Of a stretch of 64,000 nt of DNA, positions 25,255 to 38,154 are shown piece after piece. A model generated the notes under the pieces. That model worked only from the letters and a program-made list of their open reading frames with translations, ran no database searches and was not told the origin of the DNA. Source of the stretch: Chara braunii. Lineage: Eukaryota > Plantae > Charophyceae. Position numbers and translations under genes: made by a program. Where the stretch lies: contig BFEA01000005.1 of assembly GCA_003427395.1 (NCBI GenBank), positions 231,149 through 295,148 of the forward strand, written 5' to 3'. Within the stretch, counting starts at the first letter, position 1. Each line of letters opens with the position of its first letter.

Positions 25255-27184
25255 GTTTTCATGGTCTTCGGACCTTTCACCACTTCAGGACCATTTAGGA
25301 TTTTCAGACTGCCAAAAACTCTCACTTGACCACTTCAGCCTTCACCACTTCAGGATGCAGCCTGCCTAAACAGGTGGTTCTTAGGGTCTTCGAACCTTTC
25401 ACCACTTCATGACGATTCATGATTTTCAGACTGCCAAAAACTCTCACTTCAAAATTTTCATTCCTGAATTTTGAGCTACCTGATAACCGCTTGTGAAGTC
25501 CGCGCCTGTTACACCCAAGCTTGGGCCTAGCCCTATAGGTTACGACTTTGAACTGATAGGACAACGATCCGTGGGTCGAAGCCAGCAACCCACAGTGGAA
25601 GAACGAAGGAGCATCTTACAAGGAAACTGAGGGGTTGAGGGTCCCGTGGTACTATCCCCCTTAGTTTTGTCGCAAAGTCCGATCGCGGGTCCGAAGGGCA
25701 GGACCGATGGTAGGGTTCCGACGGTCCTTTCCCTCTCGTCCCTTCTTAGTTTTTTTTCGATTACTATTATTATTATTATTATTATTATATATTTTTTTCT
25801 CACTACATCCCATTTTGGGACACGGTCCGATACCAGTCTCGGAACCGGCCATGGACCCAAGAGCCTAACTCAGTGGGTACGCCCATGAACTGTTGAAATA
25901 CAAAACCCGTGTTCGAACCCAAATGACGGAACTTGATGAAAAAAAAAAAAAAAAACCCCAGATACTTATGACCCACCGGGGCCCAGTCAGTTCGGTGATG
26001 ATATCTTAAGGCTGTGGCCCGGGCGTGGTCCTTCAGGACATCAATTAAAATTGGAACGATATAGAGAAGGCTCGCATGACCCGACACTATATGAAACAAC
26101 GAAATGGTGGGATCAGGTCGACGCTTGTTGACTTTTGACTGGCAGTGTTCGGGCTCCTCTGCTATGTTATCGTGCGATACAGTAAGGAAAATGACGATGA
26201 AGGTAAAGGAGGGCGGATCACAGCGATACTGATGAGCAAACCGTTTGTTGGATCGAGGTATAGGGACGAAAAACTGTAGAGCCGACGAGTAGCTGGTTCC
26301 CTCGAGAGCTTTCCCTCTGATTACCTAGAGCTGTCGACCGGTCGGCTGCGTGCACTAGTAGAAGAGGAAGGGCCGAATTTGGACGCAAAGTCAAGATAGA
26401 TGCGCGCAAAGTTAGGGAGAAGGCAGCAACGGAGAGAAACAACTATGACAAGGAGGAAGTTAGTGTTTTAGCCCGATTTTTGGAGGAATTAGGCGAGAAA
26501 AGAAGTGAAGTGGAGGTTTTCGGGGTGGGCGGCCCCGAATATGTAGTTAGATTATGAGGAACGTTAGTAGATTGGGAGATAAAAGAGAAAAAGTGGTGCG
26601 AGGGAAGGTTGAGAAAAATAGAAGAAGAAAAAACGAAAGTTGAAATATTCGGTCATTTCTCCACCGATTTGGGCGAACAGAAGAGTTGAGCTGGGGTCTC
26701 GGCATGTTACGAAGCAGATGGCAGACTTAGTTTTCACGTTAGATTAATGAACTTAGAGGCTATGGGATATAGGAGCCGTGCCTAGAGGTGGGAATCAACA
26801 AAGTGCTAACGCATTTAGCCATGTTTTAACATAAGATTTATTGCGACTTTTCCCATCATATCGATGAAAGCGATTACTCTCTATGCCACTGTGCGTACGA
26901 CTCAAGCACTACAAATACTTTCGGATTCTGGTTGAAGACTCGTCCTCACGCAGTCGGTGAATGGCAAAGTAGAGCGTACAGTCGTCGTCGGAAACACCTC
27001 CTTGTTCAACCGCCTCGTGTCCATGGCCACCGTTTATCTGCCTGGAGATCATGACTACCTTGTTCCTTGTAATCGTACTTTTCATTACGCCGCCTACGGT
27101 CTACCTCTCATCGATCGTGTTCCGTTAGATAGTGGAGTTTAAAATGAATCTGGTTGAACTAACCCTTAGATACGTTCATATACA

Positions 27185-27188
<4 letters not shown>

Positions 27189-27272
<84 letters not shown>
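27189..27272 (+). repeat. (GA)n microsatellite
   Basis: Seen directly. Confidence 0.98.
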
Positions 27273-27273
<1 letters not shown>

Positions 27274-29129
27274 AAGCACATACCTTGGAGTTGTGACGAT
27301 GCGGGATGAACCGGACGCCAGGCTATGGTGCCAAACTGCGTGTTAACCAAGTCAAAAACGATGAATGTAGCTCTTCCTGATTTAGTGGAAGACTCATCCT
27401 CATTTTGCAGAATCGCTGACCATCTTGCCCGACATTTAGCAGAGCTCACAGTAATCGATATGGTCACCTTGCCTATCACCATTCTCTTCGTCACAACCAT
27501 CGTAGCCGGGATCGCGCTGGTGAATGTGCGGGCCATAGTAAGGCTTCTCGAGGTTGTCGAGGGCACCTTTTGTTCAAAGCGCCGAACTCTCTTCCTTGCA
27601 ACACGTACTGCTGAGCCTCAGATTGTTCAACTTCTACCGTCCCTGCTTCGGGCTTCAGAATAGAGTAGTTGCTGTTGAAGCCTGATGTATGGCTCATAGG
27701 TCTGCTGCAACGGAACACCATTCCTATGTTGATCGCAAGTGAAACGGGTCTGCTGTTGCCAAAACTGTGTTATGGTGAGGTGTTGCGATAACAAGTACTC
27801 GCCTGAACAAGGCTGTTAGGGCTCCATTCGAAGTGCAGCTTCTGGAGCCACGACTACATATCTTGTGCTCATGGATTTGAGGGTGAGTGGACCTGGCTGT
27901 AAGTATGGTCAGGTACGTTAGTAGGTGTGGAGCAACGAATCAGAAGGAAAGGGTAAAAGTGGAAACAACAAGGAGATAGTAGAACGGAGAAAGAGGGGAG
28001 AGTGAGAGTGAGAATAAAAACCGTTTCCTCACAGACTACTGCTAGATACGACATGCCTTGTTGAGCATTCATTGTGCAGCACCGTACGCATTGTTGCTTG
28101 AACTTAGCATTGTTGGACTGTGCTTTACAGTAGGGCTCGGACTGTGTTGTTTTTTTGTTCCCTACTGCATCCCAGACCCTATTGCTATCAACACTGTGTT
28201 TGCTGAGCAAGCTAAGGTTGCACGGCTGCTGTGCAATGCTGCCTCGCAACAATGTGCATTGCTGAGTTAGTTGTGTATTGCTGTGATTCAGTTGACCCTG
28301 CTGTTTGCGTGGTGCTGTGCTTCGCTGCATATAGCTGCAAATAGTTGTGACACATTGCATTTATATGAACTGATGTTGGGTATTGCCATTTTGATGGGTT
28401 AATGCGTGCGACAACTGTGCGCACAACCGATTGGATCAGTTCTGCCGAATTTTGCTCGAGCAAAGAATAAAGCACGAAAGTATGCTCTGATCAAACACGG
28501 TCCTCCTAGGCTGTGTAACTACGGACTGGTCAAAAGGGGGTCACTTTTGCGACATGGAGGATTGTTAGGGGAATGTTATTCTGCATTCTAGCTGAGGTCT
28601 GACTAATTTTGTTGTGCGCTTTGGCCACCATTGCGGACCCCTCAGGCGATTTAAGATGTCAAGGCCCTCTCCAACGAGTTGAGTCTGTCTCTCTCCTGTA
28701 TCTCGAGCGTCTGAAACCCCTCCTTCTATCTTTCTTACTCTAAGTCTAGTATAAGGTTACGAGAGGAAGGCGGCAAACAGGATTGCAACCCGTAGGACCG
28801 CAGCAAGACGTTGTGGGAGGTTCACCCACCGATTGCGGGAGCTTTGCTGGAGCCTAGGCGGGGTTTTGGAGACAGGGAACACTCAGGTATAAACTTGTTT
28901 TACATGTGTGATCCAATCCCCTAAAACTATATTATCCTTTGTTGTTGTGTGCCTGCAAGTATGACTGAGAAAGCTAGCTATTTTTTATTTGTTTTGAATT
29001 CAGGACATGATCTGAAAGGTAAAATTGACAAGTATATACGATAACTAAGATAATTTGTGCGAATTTAGACAGAATGAATGGGGGAAGGCGGGATGAAGGT
29101 GTTTTGCATGTGTCTGACCGGGTCAACCC

Positions 29130-30435
29130 AAGACTGAATCCCTCTAAGTTGAGTGGGTTCAATGCTATGTTTTATTCTTGCATGTTGGGCTGCATGTGTG
29201 ACCTTTGAGGGCTGGGCCTATCCTAAGTTGGACGGTCCAACCGCTTGTTTTCTTTTGGGGTTTCTAAATAGGAGGACGAGCGCCCTAAGTTGGGAAGACT
29301 CAGATTCCTGATGTTTTTCCTTTGGGTTGCTGAAAATAAGACTGGGGATATTCTAAGTTGCGTAGACCCAGTTCTGCGTGTGTTTTCTTCTGAGGGGGAT
29401 AACTACATGAAACTAGGCGTACCCCTAAGTTGGGGCGGCCTAGCCATAAGCCATGAACTTAAAAGGTAATCCAAAGCATAAAAACTGATATATATATATG
29501 TATATATTATACACATCTGACGTACTGGCAGCCTAAGTTGGGAGGTCCAATCAATAAGTCAGGTATGACAAAAAAAAAAGGAAAGCAAATGAAGAATATA
29601 ATGTGAAAGTAACCTGGGCAGGCTGAACGTACCCCTAAGTTGGGGCGGTTCAGTCCTATGTCCATAATAACATAAATGGGGCACAAAGTTAGTATAAAAC
29701 TTCTTTATTTTTCGTTTTAAACACAATGCAGGGTTGGATGTCTCCCTAAATTGGGTAGGTTTTACTACCTGCCTAAGAAGAAGGAAAATTATAAAGTTTG
29801 TGCGAAATATTTATGGTTGTTTGAACTGTTGTTACGGAGGCTAAGCGTACCCCTAAGTTGGGGCGGCTTAGTCATACGTCGGCTGTAACTTGTTTAGGCA
29901 GATCAGGCGTACCCTTAAGTTAGGGCAGTTTGGTTATATTGCCTTATGTATCTTAAACTGTTTAGGCTAATTAGGCATACCCCTAAGTTAGGGCGGTCTA
30001 GCGATATGCCCTTTGTCGTTAATGTTATGTAGGTTGGACGTACCCTTAAGTTAGGGCGGTTTGACCATTCATCGTTTGTGTTCGTTGAGGCAGGTTAGAC
30101 ATACCCCTAAGTTGGGGCAGTCTAATCCTATGGCCTACGTAAACTTCGTTTAAGGCTGACTAGGCATACCCCTAAGTTGGGGCAGTCTAGTCTTATGCTT
30201 CATGTCGTCAGTTAAGCAGAAGTCAGGTGTACTCCTAAGTTGGGGCGGTCTGGTCATATGCTTTATGTTCACAGTTTATGTTGAGCTGGCCATACCCCTA
30301 AGTTGGGGCAGTCTGGACATACGTTTTAGTCATGTAAGCTGGACATACCCCTAAGTTGGGGCAGTCTAGTTGTGCGTATCCTAGTCACTTGCTTAGGCAG
30401 ATAAGGCGTACCCCTAAGTTGAGGCGGTATGATCC
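29130..30435 (+). repeat. Hairpin array in LTR B: 18 units, core CRTACCCC-TAAGTT-GGGGCRG
   Basis: Loops at 29145, 29224, 29286, 29354, 29426, 29534, 29636, 29747 (TAAATT), 29854, 29916, 29984, 30047, 30108, 30173, 30236, 30299, 30352 and 30415. Outer stems vary in sequence but stay complementary. Confidence 0.92.
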
Positions 30436-30978
30436 TATGCTATAGGAAAGGGGGTCATAAAGGGTTAAAAGAATTGAGAGATTAACGAACTACTTGGATC
30501 AAACTGATGTGAGATTGAGAGGGATGTTTATTTATGCATATTTACGGACTCTCGTTTGGGGGTATCTCTTGGTAGCTTTAGTTGCTTAGATGCTCGCCGA
30601 GTGCTAGAACCATAGATAGACTAGAATGGATGATGGGAAGGGAAGTGTGGGATACGATAGGACTGACCTTACTAGAAGTTAGGATTAGTGGTAGCTCACA
30701 ATGCCATCTTCAAAAGAGGATTGTGTAAACTATCACCAACTCTAACTATCAAGTGAGTGTAAGAAGTTAGTCTCGTGTGTAGTTGTACTTTGTTTTTGCA
30801 TTTTCAGTTTTGTATAAATTTTGGCAGTCTCCTGTTTCTACAGGAAGTGCCGCCGAAAGTTTTACAAATATGAAAGAGTTAGTCATTTTTTGACATCTGA
30901 AAATTCCGAAAAGACACTTTTCATACAGGAAGCGCTAGTAAAATTTTGTGAAATTTATAAAGTTAAATTATTTTCTGG

Positions 30979-31302
30979 TAGGGAAAATTTTGGCAAGATG
31001 ATATCAAAGTTCTCGAAGACTTTTGAGGAAAGTAAGGTAAACGCTAGTAAAGGAGATAGGCTATGAAGTGATGTTGACCCTCCATTGATCTTGAAGGAAG
31101 TACTTGGTCCGCTTTGGCCTGAACTGTGGTACAAGTCAACAATAGGGAAAACTTTGGCAAGATGATGTCAAAGTTCTCGAAGACTTTTGAGGAAAGTAAG
31201 GTAAACGTTACTAAAGGAGATAGGCTATGAAGTAATGTTGACCCTCCATTTATCTTGAACGAAGTACTTGTTCCGCTTTGGCCTGAACTGTGGTACAAGT
31301 CA
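30979..31302 (+). repeat. ~165-bp tandem duplication in LTR B
   Basis: TAGGGAAAA..GGCAAGATGAT...GGTACAAGTCAA present twice. Confidence 0.93.
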
Positions 31303-34300
31303 ATAAATTAGATTGAAGGTTTGATTCGTTCAGCCTGGTCATACGAAAGATCACTCTTCTGTTATCCCTTGCTAACAGGTCGGTTTACGACACAACTTTC
31401 CTGCTTCTGCACCTCAACCTAAGGCCTTGAGTCTTGTGGGTTTTTATGTTTTTTGGGTTTTTCACCCAGATTTTTTTCTGAGTGACAATTTTTAAAGACT
31501 GTGTACCTTTATTGAGGGTTGGTGGAAATTGGTTGGGGCTTGCATGCATAAGGCAGAGTGTGAGTCGCAAAAACGCAGTAAAGTTGACTTCCTTAGTGTG
31601 TGTGTGATGTTATTGTTTGAACTTTGTATGATCGCAGATATGCGTATAAGATCTTTGGATTGAGTTTGATGATAGTTTGAGTATTGTTCGAATGTTAATA
31701 GACAAGCCACACTACTATTGTAAGAGTGATCGTCTGAAACTACACAAATTTTTGCTTGAACTACCTTTGCCTAGCATAATTATAAAGGGAACCCTACAGT
31801 AGTTGTGAGAAGTGATAGTCCCATATTTCATAACCCCTCATATATGTATATGTACACATTGCCACTTACATATACGCATACTTTCAGTATTTGTACGGTC
31901 TGCTATAACCTCGTGCGAGAGTTAAACAAATTATGTCTTGAGAGAAAAATGGGATTCTCTTTTACCCTTTTGCTCTTTAGAGAATTATTATGGTTGAACG
32001 TTGTTGTCCGTGACAACTGTCAAAATCAAACCCTCTGATTTATCTCCAGGACCTGAACGATGAAGCTTGTCTCCAAGGCCACGAGAGCTGACTGCCACAA
32101 TGGACCGCAACCTATGTACCACCCACTCTCCGCAGGGTGTAGAAGACGGTGTGGTGATCAACCGCCTTGGTGGTTGTCTAGTGTCGAGAGATTAACCCCT
32201 CAAGGCGCATGTCAGCCGACACTTGAGTGTTGAAACGGGACCCCAGAGACTATCGAGGGTCGTGTAATTATAGGTACTACATAGTAGTCCGTTGTTGCGA
32301 CTGCGTACGGATGCTTGTATTGCTAGTCGATATGAGAAAGGCCTAGCGTTTCCATAATTTTATCTTGAGTTTTGTGCATGACGCCTAACCGATATTCATG
32401 TTAAGAGGTTATGGGTCGGATACTGAAGGGACTAGGAGAGTTTCGTTTTTGTGTGTATTTCAATTTTGTGTGGTGTAACGCGTGGTGAGTGGAATGCGTT
32501 ATCGGTGCGAATACCCTTACAAGGATATCCACCCTAGTTTTTGCAAGCAACATAAAGTAAGTTTGAATTAAAAATTAAGTACACCACATGAGGCGCAGGT
32601 GAGGCTGTGATTTACGTTGACTAGGTGGCCGACTAGAGCAGAGAGTGTGTGGGCGCGCGCGATTTTATCTCTTGATGATTGAAGAACCGGCGTGATCACT
32701 GACCAAATTTTTTTTTGTTCTGATTAAACTAGGACTAAAGAAATTTTTGTCTTTTGATTGATGCGCTTATCGGTGACTCGTGCGTATGTGCGGAGGACGA
32801 CATTGACAACAATGTGACGTTGGAGGCGTTTTGGTAAATCTACACGTCGCGCAGTATCTATTTTTGTAGGGGTCAATCGATGCTAGACTCAGCCTTGGGC
32901 CCAGTAGTATCGGTTATAGCATCGGACTTTCATCAGAGAGATTCAGGGATCGAGATCGAACGACGATGACGTGGGAATATCAGAGTAGAGAGAAGGGATC
33001 GAGGGGTTGAGGGCCCGGCGACGCTATCCCCCTTGATATTGTCGTCGGCGACATCGGGACAGTACTAGCGGTTCCTTTTTCTTATCCGTCGTCCGACGCT
33101 TAATTTTTCCTGAATAATTTCTCTTTCGGTTTTCAAGATAGGCGCGGTATCGGTTTTAGGGGTCATCGTGGCAGTCGAGGACCTTGCGCGCACCCCTCTT
33201 TTTGGTTGACTTACTAATTCCTATGTATTCGGGGTGCCAGTAAAATCCCTATGTCTTATTTGACTTGAAACGCGGGCTGACGAGTGCAATGAGCATGTGA
33301 GTCGGTGGGCGATTAGCCCACAAGGTGGGGGAAACCCAGACGGTCCGGGCTCTATGAGGGCGTGCCGCCCACCAGCCTCGGATTGCTACGGGAGGTTAAG
33401 AGTGTGAGCATGTCCGTTGGGATCAGAAAGGAGAGGTCACCATGGGTGAGTCTGCAGCGGTATTGTTTGCGTGGGAGGTGTACGTGGGACCCTCCACCAC
33501 GACGGTCCACAAGGTTCTCATTGAATATCTATTGCTGCCACCAAGATCTGTGTCGGGGGCCCGCCCCCGGCACTGTGACCTCTGTCCGTGTCTAGGCCAT
33601 GGGGCTTGAGGAGGAAGTGGGCTCTGCCTAAGAGGGATGAGCCAGGAGAAACCCGACAGAGGGCTGACAACGAGGGGCGACATGCGAATCGCTCGTCAGG
33701 CCTGGGCTGTAGAGGCAGGGGACGAACCGTAGAGTAGCCGGCCACAATAGAGAACCCCTTGCATAGCGTTTAGGGCGGACTGCGCTAGGCACTGTGGGAC
33801 TATTGTGGGCGGAAAGCTGCGTTAGTAGCTGAGGTAGAGCGGGGCGGACTGAGGGTCGGACGCAACGGCGAAGGGCAAGTTAGGGAGGAATAGACCCAGG
33901 CGCGAATTCGCGCTGGGTGCATTCAACACAAGGAGAAACAGAGATGGTCAGATGGTGAGTCGGGGCGCAACAGGGGAGAGTGGCCTCACGCGGTACTTCA
34001 TAGTTTTAAGCGAGAAGAGTATAGTTTTGGAGGTTTTGAGGGAGGGCGATTTCAGGTATGAAGTTAGTTTTTTACTTAGATTAGTAGATATAGAGGTAGG
34101 AAGAAAAAGGGTCACACGGAGCTATGGCGGAGGGAGAAGACGATGAGAGCGATAAGTTTGAATCTAGCTCGATCCTCGATGGATTCGAGCGGGATAAGAA
34201 GCAAAGTGGGGGTTTTAAGGTCGGGCGAGCGTAGTGGTAATGTTAGTTTTGATGCTAGGTTAGTAGAATTAGAGTTAGTAGAGAAAAGGCTTCTGCGAAG

Positions 34301-34727
34301 AGATGGCGGACGCAAAGAAGATAATAAAGGTTGAAGAGTGTGTACCCCGCTCGTTTCTGAACGAAAGCGGGCAAGGAAAGATCCAGATCAGGGGTTTTTG
34401 ACGAGGGCGACCTCGATTCCGCCATTAGTTTGAGTAGGAAGTCCGTAGAATCGAAGTTAATAGAGAAAAACGGTGTGTGGAGGAGACGAAGAGGAGGAAT
34501 GGAAAAAGAAAGAAAGAAGGTAGTTCGCCTGTCTATCTATGAAATCAAGTGAATAGAGGCTCTAGGTAGGAGTTTTTGGCCATCGCGAGCTCGATGGCGG
34601 GGTTACTTTTTATGATGGTGTAGCATTTAGTTCGACATGAGCGCTGGGAGCTACATGGCCTACTATGGCGGAATATCGAAAGAGAGTGATGAGAAAGACA
34701 GTATCGGCTTGTGGAAGAATCAAAACG

Positions 34728-35242
34728 GGAGATAAGGAGGAAGTGTTGGAGAAGGAGGTTAGAAAGGGAGGGGAGAGATGCTAGTTGGAGGTTTTTGGGG
34801 TAGGCAACCCCAGATCTGTGGTTAGATTAGGCGGAGAATTAATAGAAGGGAAGTTAGTATTAAAAAGGGGGCAATTGAGTGTCAGGAGAAAGCGATAAGG
34901 AGATAAGGAGGAAGTGTTGGAGAAGGAGGTTAGAAAGGGACGGGAGAGATGCTAGTTGGAGGTTTTTGGGGTAGGCAACCCCAGATCTGTGGTTAGATTA
35001 GGCGGAGAATTAATAGAAGGGAAGTTAGTATTAAAAAGGGGGGCAATTGAGTGTCAGGAGAAAGCGATAAGGAGATAAGGAGGAAGTGTTGGAGAAGGAG
35101 GTTAGAAAGGGACGGGAGAGATGCTAGTTGGAGGTTTTTGGGGTAGGCAACCCCAGATCTGTGGTTAGATTAGGCGGAGAATTAATAGAAGGGAAGTTAG
35201 TATTAAAAAGGGGGGCACTTGAGTGTCAGGAGAAAGCGATAA
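34728..35242 (+). repeat. 3 x ~171-bp tandem amplification (single copy in the 3' LTR, ~49781-49952)
   Basis: GGAGATAAGGAGGAAGTG unit starts at 34728, 34899 and 35071. Confidence 0.95.
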
Positions 35243-37139
35243 GATGGAGGCGATGACTCATATCTCGCCCGTTTTCTGAGTAGAAGCGGGCGAACGAAGA
35301 CTCTTGTTTGGGATTTGCGGGCGTGGCGAATCTGATGGTAGCATCAGTTTTTGTGTTGAAGTAGTGGGCCAGCCTACATCAGTAGTGGGGGCTGCGTGCT
35401 CGTTAACCCCGCTCGGTTGGTCGGGCCGCCTGTGGCTCCGCAACTGTTCATCGCTTGACGAGATCGAAGAACCGTCGTTACTTTACTCATCCTCGTACCT
35501 GCTACCGGGGTCGACATCGGGACCCTGCTGCTCGTTAAACTGGTGTACCTAGTTTCGATCCAGCGGAAGGGGGGCATCCGACTTTGTTTATGTTTATCCC
35601 AGGAAGTAGCTTGAGGATAGACGTGGGATTAGAGGCCTAGCTATTGGCCGATGCACTGCCCGTCTTGACGATGGGGGTGACCTCCTGCTAGCTCCCTGTG
35701 TGCATGGTTGAAAAGCAGCGAGTATTTCTATGATCTAGCAGATGATTCATTATGATCATGCTATTCTGGCAATGGAGGTGGTGTGGGGCCAGCCGCAGGG
35801 GAGAGAGTGAACCGACGTACTGTTTGCAACCTATCGAGTACACAGATACGGCGGGCTAAGTTGGATCGTGTGGTATACTCACTACATTCCATTGGGACAA
35901 GTCTCGGAGGGGGAGGAAAGGAGTATATGCCCACCTGCTGTTGCACCATTCAGCTGTGGCTGTTAGCTGATTAGGTCCTTCCTGTCCGTAGGCATTGCAG
36001 TGCTGCCCATAACTACCACGGTCAGTTGAGTTCTCATATGTGTGGGGTTTTTGTGTATACGGTGAAGTGGTGTCTGTGGTGCATGATCGTTTGTGGTCGG
36101 TGGAGTGGCGTTACCGGCTTAAATTTTGCTAACATGATAGAGTCTAACTTGTTGTACGACTACTGCAGTTGCTGAGGATCTGGTACGGTTGCTGCCGTAG
36201 GGTCTCCTCCATGAGTGTTGCGGTTCATCTCACACTAAAGTGTAAACAAACTATAGACTAGGATAACCTGCGTTATACAACAATGAAGTCGCTTGACTTT
36301 GATTGTTGTTACTGCAGTAGTATTGTCAGTACTACGGCATCGCGACATGCCAGTTGTGGGGGAGGGAGGAAGCAGGTCAGACTGTTGACCAGTGCGCTAC
36401 TTATCCTACTGATCAAAGTAGCAGAAACCCAGCCGAAAGCTGAGAACTCAATAAAGGCTGCACAACCGGTATCTGTATACAATCTGCCTACTGCATGGCC
36501 AACAAGGCCGCATTGCCATTCTATTGTTGCGAGAGAAAAGGGGCTACTATTACAAGCTGAAGGATCATTAGGGGACCGACAGTGGGACGGTTAACTTCGG
36601 TTTGACCAGACTACTGCATGTTCTGGCTACCATTGTGGGACCCTCAGGCGATAGAAGGTAACGAGGCCCTCTCATAGGAGTTGAGTCAGTCCCTCTCTCG
36701 TATCTCAAACGCCTGAAACCCCTCCATTTATCCTTCTAACTATAAGTCTAATCTTGTTCTGAGAGGAAGGCGGCAGGCGGGATTGCAACCAGTAGGACCG
36801 CAACAAGACTCTGTGGGGAGTCAACCCACGGATTGCGTGAGCTCTGACGGAACTCAGGAAAAGTTCTGGAGGCAAGGAATTGGAAGGTAACCATTGCTCT
36901 CCCTTTATAGACCCTATTATAACCCCTATTTGTATTCCTTGCTATGTTTTGGCTGAGTATATTGAGTGCGCCTTTGCTTTGACTTTTTAGTTCGACTTTC
37001 AGGACACAAACCAGGCTAAGTAAAGGAATGTATGTACAATGTCAGTTCCAGTTTTATTTTTTGATTGAAAGCATATTGTGGGATTGCATCTGGGGGAAAG
37101 GTGGGAGAAAGTCAGTATTGCATGTTTGACTGGGTCAAC

Positions 37140-37865
37140 CAGAGGCTCGGAGAGTCTCCATAAGATTCGAGGGCCCAGTGCTATGTTTATTTTCGATTGT
37201 CTGGAAGACCAGACTGGTTCCCATAAGATTGGGTGGTCTGGTTGCTTTGACTTGTGAGGGCTGCATGCGTTTGATATTTTTAGGGACCAAGCATTTTTTC
37301 ATAAGATTGGATGATTTGGTTACGTTGCTTTCATTGGGTTTTTGATGTTTTGTTAGTTTCTGAAAGAGAGTTGGACATCTTCCATAAGATTGGATGACCT
37401 TGACTCTCTCTTGTTTTATTCTGAAAGGGAATTCATGCAAAGGATTGGACATGTTCCCATAAGATTGGGTGGTCTAGTCTGGAGCCACGCACATGCTGAA
37501 ACAAAAAGGTTAAATTTGTTTATATCTTATACTACATATTTATGAACAGACCAGTCATACATTTTTCCATAAGATTTGATAATCTGACTATAACTTATCA
37601 CCAACTAAAGAGAGTATGAATTAAGAATAAAACTGTGGTAAAAAGGGACAGGCTGAATCTTGATCTAAGATGACCGGTTCAGTCATATGTTGCCTTAAAA
37701 GACAAAGTGCAGAAAAATATATATAACTTGGATACTTAAATGGTTCATGACGATTAGGGTGACCTAGTCACATGCCCAAAGAAGAGAAAAGTTGTAGTGT
37801 ACTGTGTTTATGTATATTCAATGACTAAGTTAGACAAATTTCCATAAGATTGGGTGGTCTAGCTT
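37140..37865 (+). repeat. Hairpin array in 5' LTR of C: ~8 units, core YCCA-TAAGAT-TGGR
   Basis: Loops at 37161, 37224, 37302, 37385, 37460, 37570, 37666 and 37845; complementary outer stems such as GACCAGAC/GTCTGGTT. Confidence 0.88.
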
Positions 37866-38154
37866 TATGTCCTATGTAAGCTGGGTATAAAGGGATAAAT
37901 CATTGAAAGATTATAAACTATTGTTTGTTAAGAGGACTTTGGGGATGGTAAGAGTACTTACCTTTGTGGTTTTGTCTGCATGTGACTAAGTGAAGCTACT
38001 ACTTAGTTTGAGTTTTTGGTTGATAGGTAGTTGCTTTACTTGCTCGCCACGTGCTAGAGCCATAAAAGTTAGTTTCAATTGCTGCATTTTCTGAGTTAAG
38101 CTTATTTTACTTAGGTCAATTTCTGCATTTTCTGGGATCTTTTTGTGATGCTTG

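Noticed and set aside
29130-30435. True CRISPR array
   Set aside because: Context is a eukaryotic LTR with no cas genes. The spacers are related to each other (TATGC...AGGCA), irregular in length, and their edges pair with one another.
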